A DNA stretch of 59,060 nucleotides from a virus (IMGVR_UViG_3300030060_000739:1-59060), one strand, 5' to 3'. Shown: positions 34,671-44,517, counted from the first letter of the stretch. A program made the numbers and translations. The notes: generated by a model not told the origin, from the letters alone.

Positions 34671-37600
34671 ATGGCTATAGAAATCAAACCGTATGAGCCT
34701 TCTCCGCTAGAACAACAGAAACAAGTCTTTGCTGATGCACTACGAGCAGCTGGTTATGGAGATGATGACAACTATAGGGTCAATGAACTAGCAGAAGGGT
34801 TGACTACATTATCGGAGTTCCTTCCAGGGTTCGGTGATGTACAGGGCATGAGAGAAGGCAAGTATCTCATGGAACAAGGGGCACCGTATGTTGGGGGTGC
34901 TGTTGTTGGTTTGAGCATGTTACCGTTTGTACCAGCCGGCAGGATCGTAAGATATTTTAGAGATCGCGGTTTGCTCCCCCGACCTAAACCGACAGAGACC
35001 CCGACCCCCGAGACCCCGACCCCAGAACCCGAACAACTACAGATGTCACTACCTGAGCCATCGCCAGGTCAACAGCCCACGCAACCACAAACTACTCAAC
35101 CAACAGTTCGGCCCACACCAGTAGTCACAACATACACAGATCCTCAAGCAAGAAATGAAGCTGAAATAAGCTTGATGACCAGTGAGGATTATAACCCAGG
35201 AGGCCAGAGAGAGGACTTCTTGATGGAGGACTTCGTACAGTATAGAACTGTAGGTGAACCATACTTAGTAGAAACACTCGCGGAAAAGTCCATACTGGGT
35301 AATAAAAACTTCCAGAACCCTAATAAAAAGTACAACGTAAATAATCTCATAAACAGCACGATAGCTACGGTTAAAGAAGGTCCAGCGAGAGAGAACCTTA
35401 AACGACAGCTAGATGACTTTATACCGCAAGAACTCAGAGAGGGCAAAGCTACCATACAAGAAGTGCTAGATGCTATAGCTCAAAGTAAACCGACCATTCG
35501 CCGTAATGTGGATTCTAGAGACATAACTCAAACGACGCTTGAGAGTCAACCTCGTTACTTAGAATATATGCCAAATATTCCAACAGAGGAACCTGTTCAA
35601 ACAGTATCAGAGGCCATGCAAAGACTGATGCCTCTTAAATATTCAGAAGAGAGTTATTCTATACACAGCCCTGTTTATGGCCAGATGTTCTCTGCTCCTG
35701 GACACAATGAGGTCGGTGCTGGTGCAGGAGGCACGTTCACGAGCATGGCCCAAGACACAGTTGACGCAAGAAACACTATAAACAGAATATACACTTCGCG
35801 CTCTGGTCTTTATGATATAGGCGGTGAAAAAGTATACATCCCCGCAGAGGGACAGTCCGGCATCTATGGTTTTGACAGTCCAGAAAAAATAAAGACTAAT
35901 CCTAAAGTTACAATGAGGGGGCCATATTTAGCAGACAACAACCCTTCTCAAGCATACGATAAAGCTGTGGAAGATATCCAATTTGGTTTAAGCCGAGCAG
36001 CCATGGATTTTACAAACACAGATTTATTGAACAAGCCTGGAGGTTTTGTAGTCTCTCGGCCAGCTTTTGAGCCTGTGGTGGCCTCTTTATTAAAAGAAGG
36101 TAAAACGTTCTCGGACTTTCAAAACGTAGCGAATGAGTTTGTAACAGACCTAACAACAGCAAGAAACAACGTACTTGAGAACTACGGCACGACAACTAAA
36201 AGGTATCTAGACACTAGAGAGCAGATGCTAAAAGATGAAAGCGCATACGAAGACGCTTCAAATGCTATATCGTTTTATGCAAGACAAGATCGTATGCCCT
36301 ATGAACAACCAGATCCAGAAAGGCTCCGTACAGATAGAGAACAATTAATACGAGAGATCCCAGACATAGAGATGCAGCTACAGAATCTAGTAGCTCGGGC
36401 AGAAGTAGATCGTAATTTAACTTCAACAACTAGAGAAGATCTACGATCAGCAGAGATACAAACTGTAGACTATATAAATCAGGTATCTAAAGATTTATTC
36501 GATGCAGAAATTATAACAGATCCAGATGACTTTGTTTCTGCGTATCTAGAATCACCGATAAATACAAGAGAGTTGATAAACGAACTTATCATGCGAGAGA
36601 AGTACTCTGTCCTAAACGATCTAGAAAGAGACCTTAAATTAGCTTCTCGCGATTTAAGTGATAGCTATAGCCAACAACTTAGCGGACTGTTGGAACGTGC
36701 AGATCCAGACGATCTTTCTCAGATGAAGGCACCACCACTCGCGAGTGATTGGTTCTCTTTACATATGAAGACTTCTCTCAACCGTGCCGTACAAGAAGGT
36801 GCAGACAAAGTCCACTTCCCAGTAAACTCTCACTCAGTAGCAAGACAAAGAGGTCAACGGATTACTCCTGCAAGAGCAGATATGTTTACCGAAGACTTAG
36901 CAGCCATGACAGATAATGATCCAGCACTCGCGGGTGTTTTTACTTCAACCCCTTCTCGGGGAGCAAGGAACATGGCTGACACTTACCGCAGACAAACTAA
37001 CAAAGGACTCAAGCAGATAGAGGCTGAGTACGGAATCAAAGTACCTACAACAAAATACGTCGACGAAAATAAAAATGAGTTTATAGAAATATCCCTCACC
37101 CCAGAACTTAAAAAGGCATTTAGTAAAATAGTGTACAGTCGTGGGGGACCAGTCGGCCCGATGATGCCGCTGAAGTATGTAGAGAACCGTAGAGACACGT
37201 CGCCAGACTTCAGGAAAGAAATACAAGAAGCACGTATGGACGCAAGGCGAGAGATGCGTGAAAAAGACATCGGTGGACCGTATGATGTCGTAGGCTTGTT
37301 TGATGATGTGACAAAGGACAAGTTCCGTAACCCAATCACAATGATGGCAGCAGACTTAATAGATAACCTAGAACGTGCTCAAGAATTAAACAGGTACGCT
37401 AAAAGAACAGATCCTCAAATGAACATAGGCCAGCAGGATAGAATCAACATGGCTAAAACAGGCGATCTATCTTTTGATTTAGGTGGTAAATTACTACCCG
37501 AGTACGCGAGAACTACCACAGCAGGTGAACAGCCTTTTGATTTATTTTTAAATATTAATCGATCACGTGCTATACCAGGACGACCGTTTGACGACAGCGG

Positions 37601-37814
37601 AACGGAGTATGAACTACAGGCTCGCATGCTTACCGATCCAGAACGTGAAGCTGCTTTCTTTGATAAAGTAGGCGGTGCACTTAAATACACAGGCATACCA
37701 TTTTTAGAAGATAGACTACGTGGAGGGCTAGAAGCACTCTACGCCAAGCTGGACCCAGAATCTTACGAGGCTAACCGTAGGGGTGAGCGTATACGATCGT
37801 ACTTAGATGAGTAA
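34671..37814 (+). CDS. Large multidomain protein, probably head-packaged (PT-TG-like N-terminus, two internal MPLKY tags)
   Basis: EFLPGFGDV..hydrophobic..LPFVP; Pro/Thr linker; DW..L..K..L..A...G.D.V; upstream of terL. Confidence 0.6.
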   Translation: MAIEIKPYEPSPLEQQKQVFADALRAAGYGDDDNYRVNELAEGLTTLSEFLPGFGDVQGMREGKYLMEQGAPYVGGAVVGLSMLPFVPAGRIVRYFRDRGLLPRPKPTETPTPETPTPEPEQLQMSLPEPSPGQQPTQPQTTQPTVRPTPVVTTYTDPQARNEAEISLMTSEDYNPGGQREDFLMEDFVQYRTVGEPYLVETLAEKSILGNKNFQNPNKKYNVNNLINSTIATVKEGPARENLKRQLDDFIPQELREGKATIQEVLDAIAQSKPTIRRNVDSRDITQTTLESQPRYLEYMPNIPTEEPVQTVSEAMQRLMPLKYSEESYSIHSPVYGQMFSAPGHNEVGAGAGGTFTSMAQDTVDARNTINRIYTSRSGLYDIGGEKVYIPAEGQSGIYGFDSPEKIKTNPKVTMRGPYLADNNPSQAYDKAVEDIQFGLSRAAMDFTNTDLLNKPGGFVVSRPAFEPVVASLLKEGKTFSDFQNVANEFVTDLTTARNNVLENYGTTTKRYLDTREQMLKDESAYEDASNAISFYARQDRMPYEQPDPERLRTDREQLIREIPDIEMQLQNLVARAEVDRNLTSTTREDLRSAEIQTVDYINQVSKDLFDAEIITDPDDFVSAYLESPINTRELINELIMREKYSVLNDLERDLKLASRDLSDSYSQQLSGLLERADPDDLSQMKAPPLASDWFSLHMKTSLNRAVQEGADKVHFPVNSHSVARQRGQRITPARADMFTEDLAAMTDNDPALAGVFTSTPSRGARNMADTYRRQTNKGLKQIEAEYGIKVPTTKYVDENKNEFIEISLTPELKKAFSKIVYSRGGPVGPMMPLKYVENRRDTSPDFRKEIQEARMDARREMREKDIGGPYDVVGLFDDVTKDKFRNPITMMAADLIDNLERAQELNRYAKRTDPQMNIGQQDRINMAKTGDLSFDLGGKLLPEYARTTTAGEQPFDLFLNINRSRAIPGRPFDDSGTEYELQARMLTDPEREAAFFDKVGGALKYTGIPFLEDRLRGGLEALYAKLDPESYEANRRGERIRSYLDE

Positions 37815-37819
37815 ACTAA

Positions 37820-38107
37820 ATGAGAAGAAATAATCCACGTGTGCCACGTAAAAAAGGCCAGCCAGCTAAGAGTAAAAAGCATAGTGATCTCTACACAGAT
37901 GAAGATCCTAAAGGCACGATACATGGATTAAAGTTCGCTACGGTCAAAGACGCACAAGCCAGCGTAGCTAAAATCAAAAAAGCTAGACGTACACCAGCCC
38001 ATAAAATACAAGCAGCCATAGCCATGGAGCAAAGAGCTAAAGCAGCAGGTAAAGCAAGCGCAGCACAAGTTTACCGTCGATTTATAAACGCGAATAAAAA
38101 ATCTTGA
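37820..38107 (+). CDS. Small basic protein
   Basis: KKHSDLYTDEDPKGTIHGLKF; K/R-rich. Confidence 0.7.
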   Translation: MRRNNPRVPRKKGQPAKSKKHSDLYTDEDPKGTIHGLKFATVKDAQASVAKIKKARRTPAHKIQAAIAMEQRAKAAGKASAAQVYRRFINANKKS

Positions 38108-39615
38108 GTAACCTAGACCAGTTACCAGAAGACATTCTCAAAGAACACCTAGAACTAGCCGAAAGGTTAAAAGATCTAGAAGAGATAGAGAACGCACAAA
38201 CTAATTTTTTACACTTTGTTAAATCTCAGTGGCCATCGTTTATACAGGGTGCTCATCATAAAAAGATGGCTGAAGCGTTTGACCGTATAGCCAGCGGTAA
38301 AATAAAAAGGCTCATCATCAATATGCCACCGAGGCATACTAAGTCAGAGTTCGCTAGCCATTTATTTCCTGCTTACTTAGTGGGGCGTAATCCGTCTCTC
38401 AAGATATTACAAGCAACACACACCGCAGACTTAGCGGTAAAGTTCGGTCGTAAGATTCGTGACTTGATGCTTACGGAAGATTATCAAAGGATCTTTGATT
38501 CAGTAGCTATCAACCCTGACTCAAAAGCAGCAGGTAAGTGGGAAACACAAGATACTCAAAACGCTAAACTCAAAGGTGAGTATTACGCAGCTGGTGTGGG
38601 CGGCGCGTTAGCTGGCCGTGGTGCAGATCTATTTATTATTGACGACCCCCACTCAGAACAAGACGCGCTCAACCCTAAGTCTATGGAAGATACTTACGAG
38701 TGGTACACTTCTGGTCCACGACAGCGTTTACAGCCAGGAGGTTCTATCGTTATCGTTATGACACGGTGGAACGTAAACGATCTAACGGGTCGGCTACTCA
38801 AAGACGCTGCTCGAGACCCGAAGGCAGATCAATGGGAGTTAATAGAACTACCCGCCATACTGCCTAGCGGTAAACCGTTATGGCCACAGTACTGGTCACT
38901 TGATGAACTAGAAGGTGTCAAAGCATCTTTGCGCGGTGGACCTAAGTGGCACGCCCAATATATGCAGAACCCTACATCAGAAGAAGGGGCACTTATAAAA
39001 AGAGAGTGGTGGATGGAGTGGCCAAGCGAGAGACCGCCTGAGTGTGACTACGTTATACAGAGTTACGATACCGCTTTTTTAAAATCAGAGATGGCAGACT
39101 ACTCCGCTATAACTACATGGGGTGTGTTCTACCCTGACGGTAGATTAGGTGGTGATGAGATATATAACGGAGACGCTCCTCATATAATTCTACTAGATGT
39201 AGTAAAAGGTAAATACAACTTCCCTGAGTTGAAGGCTCAGGCGTTTAAGCAATATGAACACTGGGAACCTGACGTCGTTATCATAGAAGGTAAAGCGTCC
39301 GGTATGCCGCTTACTCAAGAACTACGCAACGTAGGTATACCTGTTCAAAACTTCACGCCTTCTAAAGGTAGTGACAAAGTAGCAAGAGTCAACAGCTGTG
39401 CTCCGCTGTTTGAGTCAGGCATGGTCTGGTATCCGGATACTAACTGGGCACACGACGTAATAGAAGAGTGTGCAGCTTTTCCAGCAGGAGACCACGACGA
39501 CTTAGTAGACTCAACTACTCAAGCTCTCATGCGGTTTAGGCAGGGTGGGTTTATTAAACTGCCTAGTGACTACGAAGAAGAAGTTTTTTACCGTAAGAAA
39601 ATAAGTTACTATTGA
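38104..39615 (+). CDS. terL: Terminase large subunit
   Basis: MPPRHTKS (Walker A variant), IIDDP, MTRW, QSYDTA, HDDLVD. Confidence 0.95.
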   Translation: MSNLDQLPEDILKEHLELAERLKDLEEIENAQTNFLHFVKSQWPSFIQGAHHKKMAEAFDRIASGKIKRLIINMPPRHTKSEFASHLFPAYLVGRNPSLKILQATHTADLAVKFGRKIRDLMLTEDYQRIFDSVAINPDSKAAGKWETQDTQNAKLKGEYYAAGVGGALAGRGADLFIIDDPHSEQDALNPKSMEDTYEWYTSGPRQRLQPGGSIVIVMTRWNVNDLTGRLLKDAARDPKADQWELIELPAILPSGKPLWPQYWSLDELEGVKASLRGGPKWHAQYMQNPTSEEGALIKREWWMEWPSERPPECDYVIQSYDTAFLKSEMADYSAITTWGVFYPDGRLGGDEIYNGDAPHIILLDVVKGKYNFPELKAQAFKQYEHWEPDVVIIEGKASGMPLTQELRNVGIPVQNFTPSKGSDKVARVNSCAPLFESGMVWYPDTNWAHDVIEECAAFPAGDHDDLVDSTTQALMRFRQGGFIKLPSDYEEEVFYRKKISYY

Positions 39616-39631
39616 GAAATAGGAAAAATCT

Positions 39632-42028
39632 ATGGCTATAGAAGTACAAAGATATCCCGATAAGGGTGAACCCCTCGTAGTTGAAGCAACAGAAGAGACG
39701 TTAATTGTTGAGTTGCCCGACGAAGACGATGAGGATATTGAGTTTCAAGTAGGGGAAGACGGTAACGTAGTACCGATGCCCGACATCGAGGAAGTCCAAG
39801 ACCTCGAACATAACATGAACTTAACAGAAGTCATGGATGAATCTGGTCTGCGTGAAGTTTCAGCTGAGCTGATGGCTGCGTTTCAGGAAGATAAAGAATC
39901 TAGAGAGGAGTGGCTACAAACTTTTGCCGATGGTTTAGATTTACTCGGCATAAAAATGGAAGAACGTGACACACCTTTCCCTGGAGCGAGTGGTGTAACG
40001 CACCCTCTCCTCAGTGAAGCAGCCACGCAGTTCCAAGCACAGGCTTATAAAGAGCTTTTACCTGCTAATGGACCAGTGTCCACTCGCATAATAGGTGTAG
40101 AAACACCACAAGTCCTTGCTCAATCACAGAGAGTCAAGGAATTTATGAACTATCAGATCACTGAAGTCATGCAAGAGTACGATCCAGACATGGATAGTCT
40201 ACTTTTTTACCTGCCTTTAGCTGGTTCTGCCTTCAAAAAAGTATATTTTGACGCATTACTAGGTCGTGCGACGTCTGCTTTTGTAAAAGCGGAGGACTTA
40301 GTCGTAAGTTACGACACAACTAACCTAGAAACTTCGCCTAGAATCTCTCATGTCATCACTATGACAGGTAATGACATCAGAAAAATGCAGTTAAACGGTG
40401 GTTATCGCGACATAGATGTCGGTAATCCTGGGGCTGGTGAGTATGATGAGGCGAAAGATAAGATAGATGAGCTACAAGGGCTCAGTAAACCGACTAGTGA
40501 CTACAACGATTACACCGTTATTGAGTTTCATGTTGATTTAGAGCTTGAAGGCATTGATGATTATGACTTCGCAGTGCCGTATATCGTCACTGTGCTAGAA
40601 GATAGCGGTGAAATACTGTCAATACGTCGTAACTGGCAGAAAGAAGACGATTTATTCCGCAAAAAAGAGTATTTTGTACACTATAAGTTCTTGCCAGGGC
40701 TTGGTTTCTATGGTTTCGGCTTAATTCACATGATTGGTGGGCTAACTAAGTCCGCAACATCAATTTTACGTCAACTTATTGACGCTGGAACGCTTGCTAA
40801 CCTTCCTGCTGGCTTTAAAGCACGTGGTATGAGGGTACAAGGCGAAGATGAGCCCTTACGACCCGGAGAATTTAGGGATGTTGACGTTCCAGGCGGTGCG
40901 ATACGTGACGCGCTCCTACCTTTACCCTATAAAGAGCCGAGTAGCGTCCTGAGTCAGCTGTTAGGGTTGTTAATTGACAGTGGTAGAAGGTTCGCCAGCA
41001 TAGCAGACATGCAGGTTGGTGATATTGGTAGTCAACAGCTGCCTGTAGGCACCACCGTAGCCATGTTAGAGCGTGGTACTAAAGTAATGTCGGCTATACA
41101 TAAGCGTCTACACTTTGCACAAAAGAAAGAGTTCCGCTTATTAGCTAAAGTTTTTTCTAGATCTCTACCGCCGATGTATCCGTATGCTGTAGCAGGAGCT
41201 GACAGTACGATCAAGCAGCAAGACTTTGATGACCGTATAGATATTATTCCTGTAAGTGACCCGAATATATTTAGCATGGCTCAAAGGGTCATGCTCGCTC
41301 AACAAGAATTACAGATGGCTCAGTCCGCGCCACAAATACATAATCTAAGAGAGGCGTATAAAAGAATGTACGAAGCTCTAGAAATAAAAAACATAGAGCT
41401 AATATTACCCGAGCAAGCAACTGTTCCTCCTCGAGATCCTATCTCGGAACAGCAGTCAGCTATCTTAGGACAGCCTATAAAAGCGTACGAGTTCCAGAAC
41501 CAAGATGCATACATCGCGGCCCATGCTGCATTTTTACAGAACCCGATGATGCAGCAGAACCCGATCGCTATACAAGCAATATCTGCAAATATACAAGAAC
41601 GTACAGCTATGGTTTACAAACAGCAGGTAGAACAAGCTCTGGGCCAGCCATTACCGGCCATGGACCAGATGCAAAATATGCCGCCTGAGCAACAACAATC
41701 TGTCATGAATGAGATAGCACTTGCCGCAGCTAATGCTGCTCAGCAAGTAACAGGTCAACAGCAAGCTCTCATCAAAGCTCAACAGAATGCTCAAGTAGAT
41801 CCTATCGTACAACTCAAACAGCAAGAGCTGGCTCAAAGAGCACAATCAGACGCTTTACGAGCTCAAGTAGATCAGGCTAAAATAGAATCTAATGAAGCAA
41901 TCGCAGAGATGAAGGTTGCTCAAGATAGGGAGGAAGCGTTGCTTAAAGCCCAAGATTCAAATAATAGAACCTATAGGGATATACTAAGAGACGTAAGAAC
42001 TTCCGACTCAACTACAAAAGGTATATAA
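39632..42028 (+). CDS. Portal protein
   Basis: Follows TerL; P22-like portal motifs (GSAFKKVY, GFYG.G), Q-rich C-terminal barrel. Confidence 0.85.
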   Translation: MAIEVQRYPDKGEPLVVEATEETLIVELPDEDDEDIEFQVGEDGNVVPMPDIEEVQDLEHNMNLTEVMDESGLREVSAELMAAFQEDKESREEWLQTFADGLDLLGIKMEERDTPFPGASGVTHPLLSEAATQFQAQAYKELLPANGPVSTRIIGVETPQVLAQSQRVKEFMNYQITEVMQEYDPDMDSLLFYLPLAGSAFKKVYFDALLGRATSAFVKAEDLVVSYDTTNLETSPRISHVITMTGNDIRKMQLNGGYRDIDVGNPGAGEYDEAKDKIDELQGLSKPTSDYNDYTVIEFHVDLELEGIDDYDFAVPYIVTVLEDSGEILSIRRNWQKEDDLFRKKEYFVHYKFLPGLGFYGFGLIHMIGGLTKSATSILRQLIDAGTLANLPAGFKARGMRVQGEDEPLRPGEFRDVDVPGGAIRDALLPLPYKEPSSVLSQLLGLLIDSGRRFASIADMQVGDIGSQQLPVGTTVAMLERGTKVMSAIHKRLHFAQKKEFRLLAKVFSRSLPPMYPYAVAGADSTIKQQDFDDRIDIIPVSDPNIFSMAQRVMLAQQELQMAQSAPQIHNLREAYKRMYEALEIKNIELILPEQATVPPRDPISEQQSAILGQPIKAYEFQNQDAYIAAHAAFLQNPMMQQNPIAIQAISANIQERTAMVYKQQVEQALGQPLPAMDQMQNMPPEQQQSVMNEIALAAANAAQQVTGQQQALIKAQQNAQVDPIVQLKQQELAQRAQSDALRAQVDQAKIESNEAIAEMKVAQDREEALLKAQDSNNRTYRDILRDVRTSDSTTKGI

Positions 42029-42226
42029 ATGAAAGATACCACCAAGTATAAATCAGTTTCTTTTCCTGCCCCTAAGAAGATAGACCTATCTAAACCCGTT
42101 AAAGGTCCAGTTGTTCTAACTAAAACTAATAGTGATATCTTTGGTCAGGGTCAGGCTACTGTTCAAGGTAAGGGTAAAGCAACCCGAGGCACTAAATACA
42201 ATAAAAGTCCAAGCGGAGTAAGATAA
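42029..42226 (+). CDS. Small basic protein
   Basis: G.G.ATRG motif, K-rich. Confidence 0.65.
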   Translation: MKDTTKYKSVSFPAPKKIDLSKPVKGPVVLTKTNSDIFGQGQATVQGKGKATRGTKYNKSPSGVR

Positions 42227-42762
42227 TGGCGGGGATGAAAAAATCTAAAATGATGGCTAACGGCGGTGCTGCTAGAAGGAAGAAGTCCAAGATGATGGCT
42301 AACGGCGGCATGGCTAGAAAGAAGTCCAAGATGATGGCCAATGGTGGTGCTGCTAAGAAAAAATCTAAAATGATGGCTAACGGCGGTGCAGCTAAAAAGA
42401 GTAAAAACGCAGCTAACGGTGGTAAAAAGAGGATGATGTTTGGTGGTGCAGCTGGCATGGCTGGACCTAAGCGACTTAGAAGCGCAGCCCAAAAGAGAAA
42501 AGCAGCTGCTCCTAAAAAAGAGGATAAGATTAAAGTACCTTCCACAGCAGCTCAAAAGAGAAGAACTAAGCCGCCTAAAAATGTTGTTGGACCGGGCCAG
42601 CTAGCAGGAAAACCAAGAACGTTAGGAAGAGGCACTGGACCTAAAGGTAAAGTGATGACTCCTCCTGTTAAGAGAAAGCCTTCACCTGTTAAAAGAAAAG
42701 CGAAAGCTACAAGAACGGCTCGCGGTAGAGGTTCTGCCAGAAGAGGTCGCGGCGGTATATAA
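42226..42762 (+). CDS. Histone-H1/protamine-like protein with KKSKMMANGG repeats
   Basis: 4 exact KKSKMMANGG plus 2 degenerate copies; almost no acidic residues. Confidence 0.75.
   Translation: MAGMKKSKMMANGGAARRKKSKMMANGGMARKKSKMMANGGAAKKKSKMMANGGAAKKSKNAANGGKKRMMFGGAAGMAGPKRLRSAAQKRKAAAPKKEDKIKVPSTAAQKRRTKPPKNVVGPGQLAGKPRTLGRGTGPKGKVMTPPVKRKPSPVKRKAKATRTARGRGSARRGRGGI
42238..42447 (+). repeat. Coding tandem repeat, 36-42 nt units
   Basis: aa(a/g)tc(t/c)aa(a/g)atgatggc(t/c)aa(c/t)gg(c/t)gg with synonymous variation. Confidence 0.9.
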
Positions 42763-42768
42763 CATAAG

Positions 42769-43074
42769 ATGACTAAAAAGCGTCCTGGGCTTTGGGCAAA
42801 TATTCATGCAAAAAGAAAGCGTGGAGAAAAGATGCGTAAAAAAGGAGAGAAAGGAGCTCCTACCGAAGCTCAGATGAAGTCAGCAAGAGGTATGAATAAA
42901 GGTGGTCAAGCTCTTAAAAAAGTACCTGAAGGTAATAAAGGACTTCCTAAACTCCCTAAAGCCGTAAGAAATAAAATGGGCTACATGAATACTGGTGGTA
43001 TAGTTAAAAAAGCTAAACACCGAGGATGTGGCAAAGTAAACCCGAGTAGAAGAAAAGTAACAAAGTACTCTTAA
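42769..43074 (+). CDS. Small basic protein with MNKGG and MNTGG
   Basis: GLWANIHAKRKRG; K/R-rich. Confidence 0.7.
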   Translation: MTKKRPGLWANIHAKRKRGEKMRKKGEKGAPTEAQMKSARGMNKGGQALKKVPEGNKGLPKLPKAVRNKMGYMNTGGIVKKAKHRGCGKVNPSRRKVTKYS

Positions 43075-43731
43075 GTGTCATATCTAATCAGTAACATTCC
43101 TCACTTTAAATGCTGGGTGAGAAAGGAATTTACTGCCAATCATCAAGATTACCACGAAGAGTATCTTCACGCCTTAGCTATAGCTGTCAACACTATACCC
43201 GACAGGTCGTTAAGTTTTCAAGTTGTATTTACAGGCTGCACTGAAGAAGAAAATGTACACGGCGGTGCTATGTGGGCACGCATGCCTATACAAGGTCTAA
43301 TAGCAGATATACCCCTAGATGAGTGGGGTGAACCCATGGAAGACCACTTAGCCCAACCGTGGGACTGTGAATCTAGACACCACTCAGTCATAGTTTTAGA
43401 TAGAGTAAGTTCCTCGCCTTGGTTAGCTAAAATAGACGGAGACTTTTATACAGCTAAATATATGTTTACTGTGGACTATACAGACCACTCTATAGCTGAC
43501 GACCCTGCTCAACATAAACAGTCTCATGTGATGTACATAACAGAAGATTGTAAATGGAAAGGCAACATAGTAGCATTACCTAACAACAGGGTTAGAGCAA
43601 CAAGCCCAGCTCTGTGGGTTACTGGTGAAGGTGCTCCTGATTTTAATCCGTCTCAGCATCTACACTCCGCAGAGGGGCATGAAACTTATTTAGATCCTGC
43701 TATAACTTTTAATAATTTGTACGAAGATTAA
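43075..43731 (+). CDS. Conserved globular hypothetical protein
   Basis: GTG start; GGAMWARMP, QPWDC.S, QHKQSH, LPNNR. Confidence 0.7.
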   Translation: MSYLISNIPHFKCWVRKEFTANHQDYHEEYLHALAIAVNTIPDRSLSFQVVFTGCTEEENVHGGAMWARMPIQGLIADIPLDEWGEPMEDHLAQPWDCESRHHSVIVLDRVSSSPWLAKIDGDFYTAKYMFTVDYTDHSIADDPAQHKQSHVMYITEDCKWKGNIVALPNNRVRATSPALWVTGEGAPDFNPSQHLHSAEGHETYLDPAITFNNLYED

Positions 43732-43943
43732 TGCGTCGTAAATTTCCAGAAGTTAATAAGACTAAAAAAGGCGTTCCTAGAGCATACCTCGCCGGAGCTA
43801 AGAACCCCAGCGCGAGAGAAAGAGAGATACTAAGAACTAGAAAAAAGTATCTTTCTGGTAAGATGACTAAAGCTGACTACGAGGCTGTAGAAAAGTCACG
43901 AGCTAAAGACGCTAAGAAAAAACCGAAAAAGAGGAGAAAGTAA
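43731..43943 (+). CDS. Small basic protein
   Basis: GVP..YL.G; K/R tail; TAATG coupling. Confidence 0.65.
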   Translation: MRRKFPEVNKTKKGVPRAYLAGAKNPSAREREILRTRKKYLSGKMTKADYEAVEKSRAKDAKKKPKKRRK

Positions 43944-44251
43944 TGGGAACTCCAGCATGCGTCAAGAAGTACGCTAAAAGTAGCGGTAAATCAGAAAGCA
44001 CTCTCAATAAAGTATACAAGCGTGGTCAGGGTGCATTTTTTAGTTCAGGTTCTAGACCCGGACAAAGTTCACACAGTTGGGGCTGTGGTAGGGTAAGAAG
44101 TTTTGCTACAGGTAAAGGTGGAGCAAGAAAAGCTGACTCTGATTTAATAAGAGGTAAAAAGAAAAAGAAAAACATGCAGTTGGGTGGAGCTGTTTCTAGA
44201 GGTAACGGCATCGTCATGAAGAATCGTTTGAAGAAAACAAGGATGATGTGA
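43943..44251 (+). CDS. Small basic protein (DUF5824-like) with MQLGG
   Basis: L..VY.RG.GA....GSRPG.....W...RV.SF. Confidence 0.6.
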   Translation: MGTPACVKKYAKSSGKSESTLNKVYKRGQGAFFSSGSRPGQSSHSWGCGRVRSFATGKGGARKADSDLIRGKKKKKNMQLGGAVSRGNGIVMKNRLKKTRMM

Positions 44252-44517
44252 TGCCTGAGTATAGAGGTAGAAAAGTCACACTCAATAAACCTAGAAGAAT
44301 ATCAAAAGGCTCTCCTGGGTACGGTAAAAAGACTCGTGAAGTCTTTGTTAAAGATCCTAAAACAGGAAATATAAAACGAGTTACGTTTGGTGATCCTAAT
44401 CTAGGAGCACACCCTGGGAATAAAAAACGTAAAAAAGCATACTGTGCTCGTAGTAGCGGCATGGGCAGCGATCGTACAAAGGCTAACTACTGGTCTCGTA
44501 GACAGTGGAAGTGCTGA
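44251..44517 (+). CDS. Small basic protein
   Basis: V.FGDP...RKK.YCAR...ANYWS...W. Confidence 0.65.
   Translation: MPEYRGRKVTLNKPRRISKGSPGYGKKTREVFVKDPKTGNIKRVTFGDPNLGAHPGNKKRKKAYCARSSGMGSDRTKANYWSRRQWKC

Noticed and set aside
42238-42447. Regular ~39-nt repeats as a CRISPR array
   Set aside because: In-frame coding repeats with synonymous variation; no unique spacers and no cas genes
42226-44251. GG motifs as ubiquitin-like conjugation
   Set aside because: No Ubl fold, E1/E2 or JAB gene visible; motifs are internal
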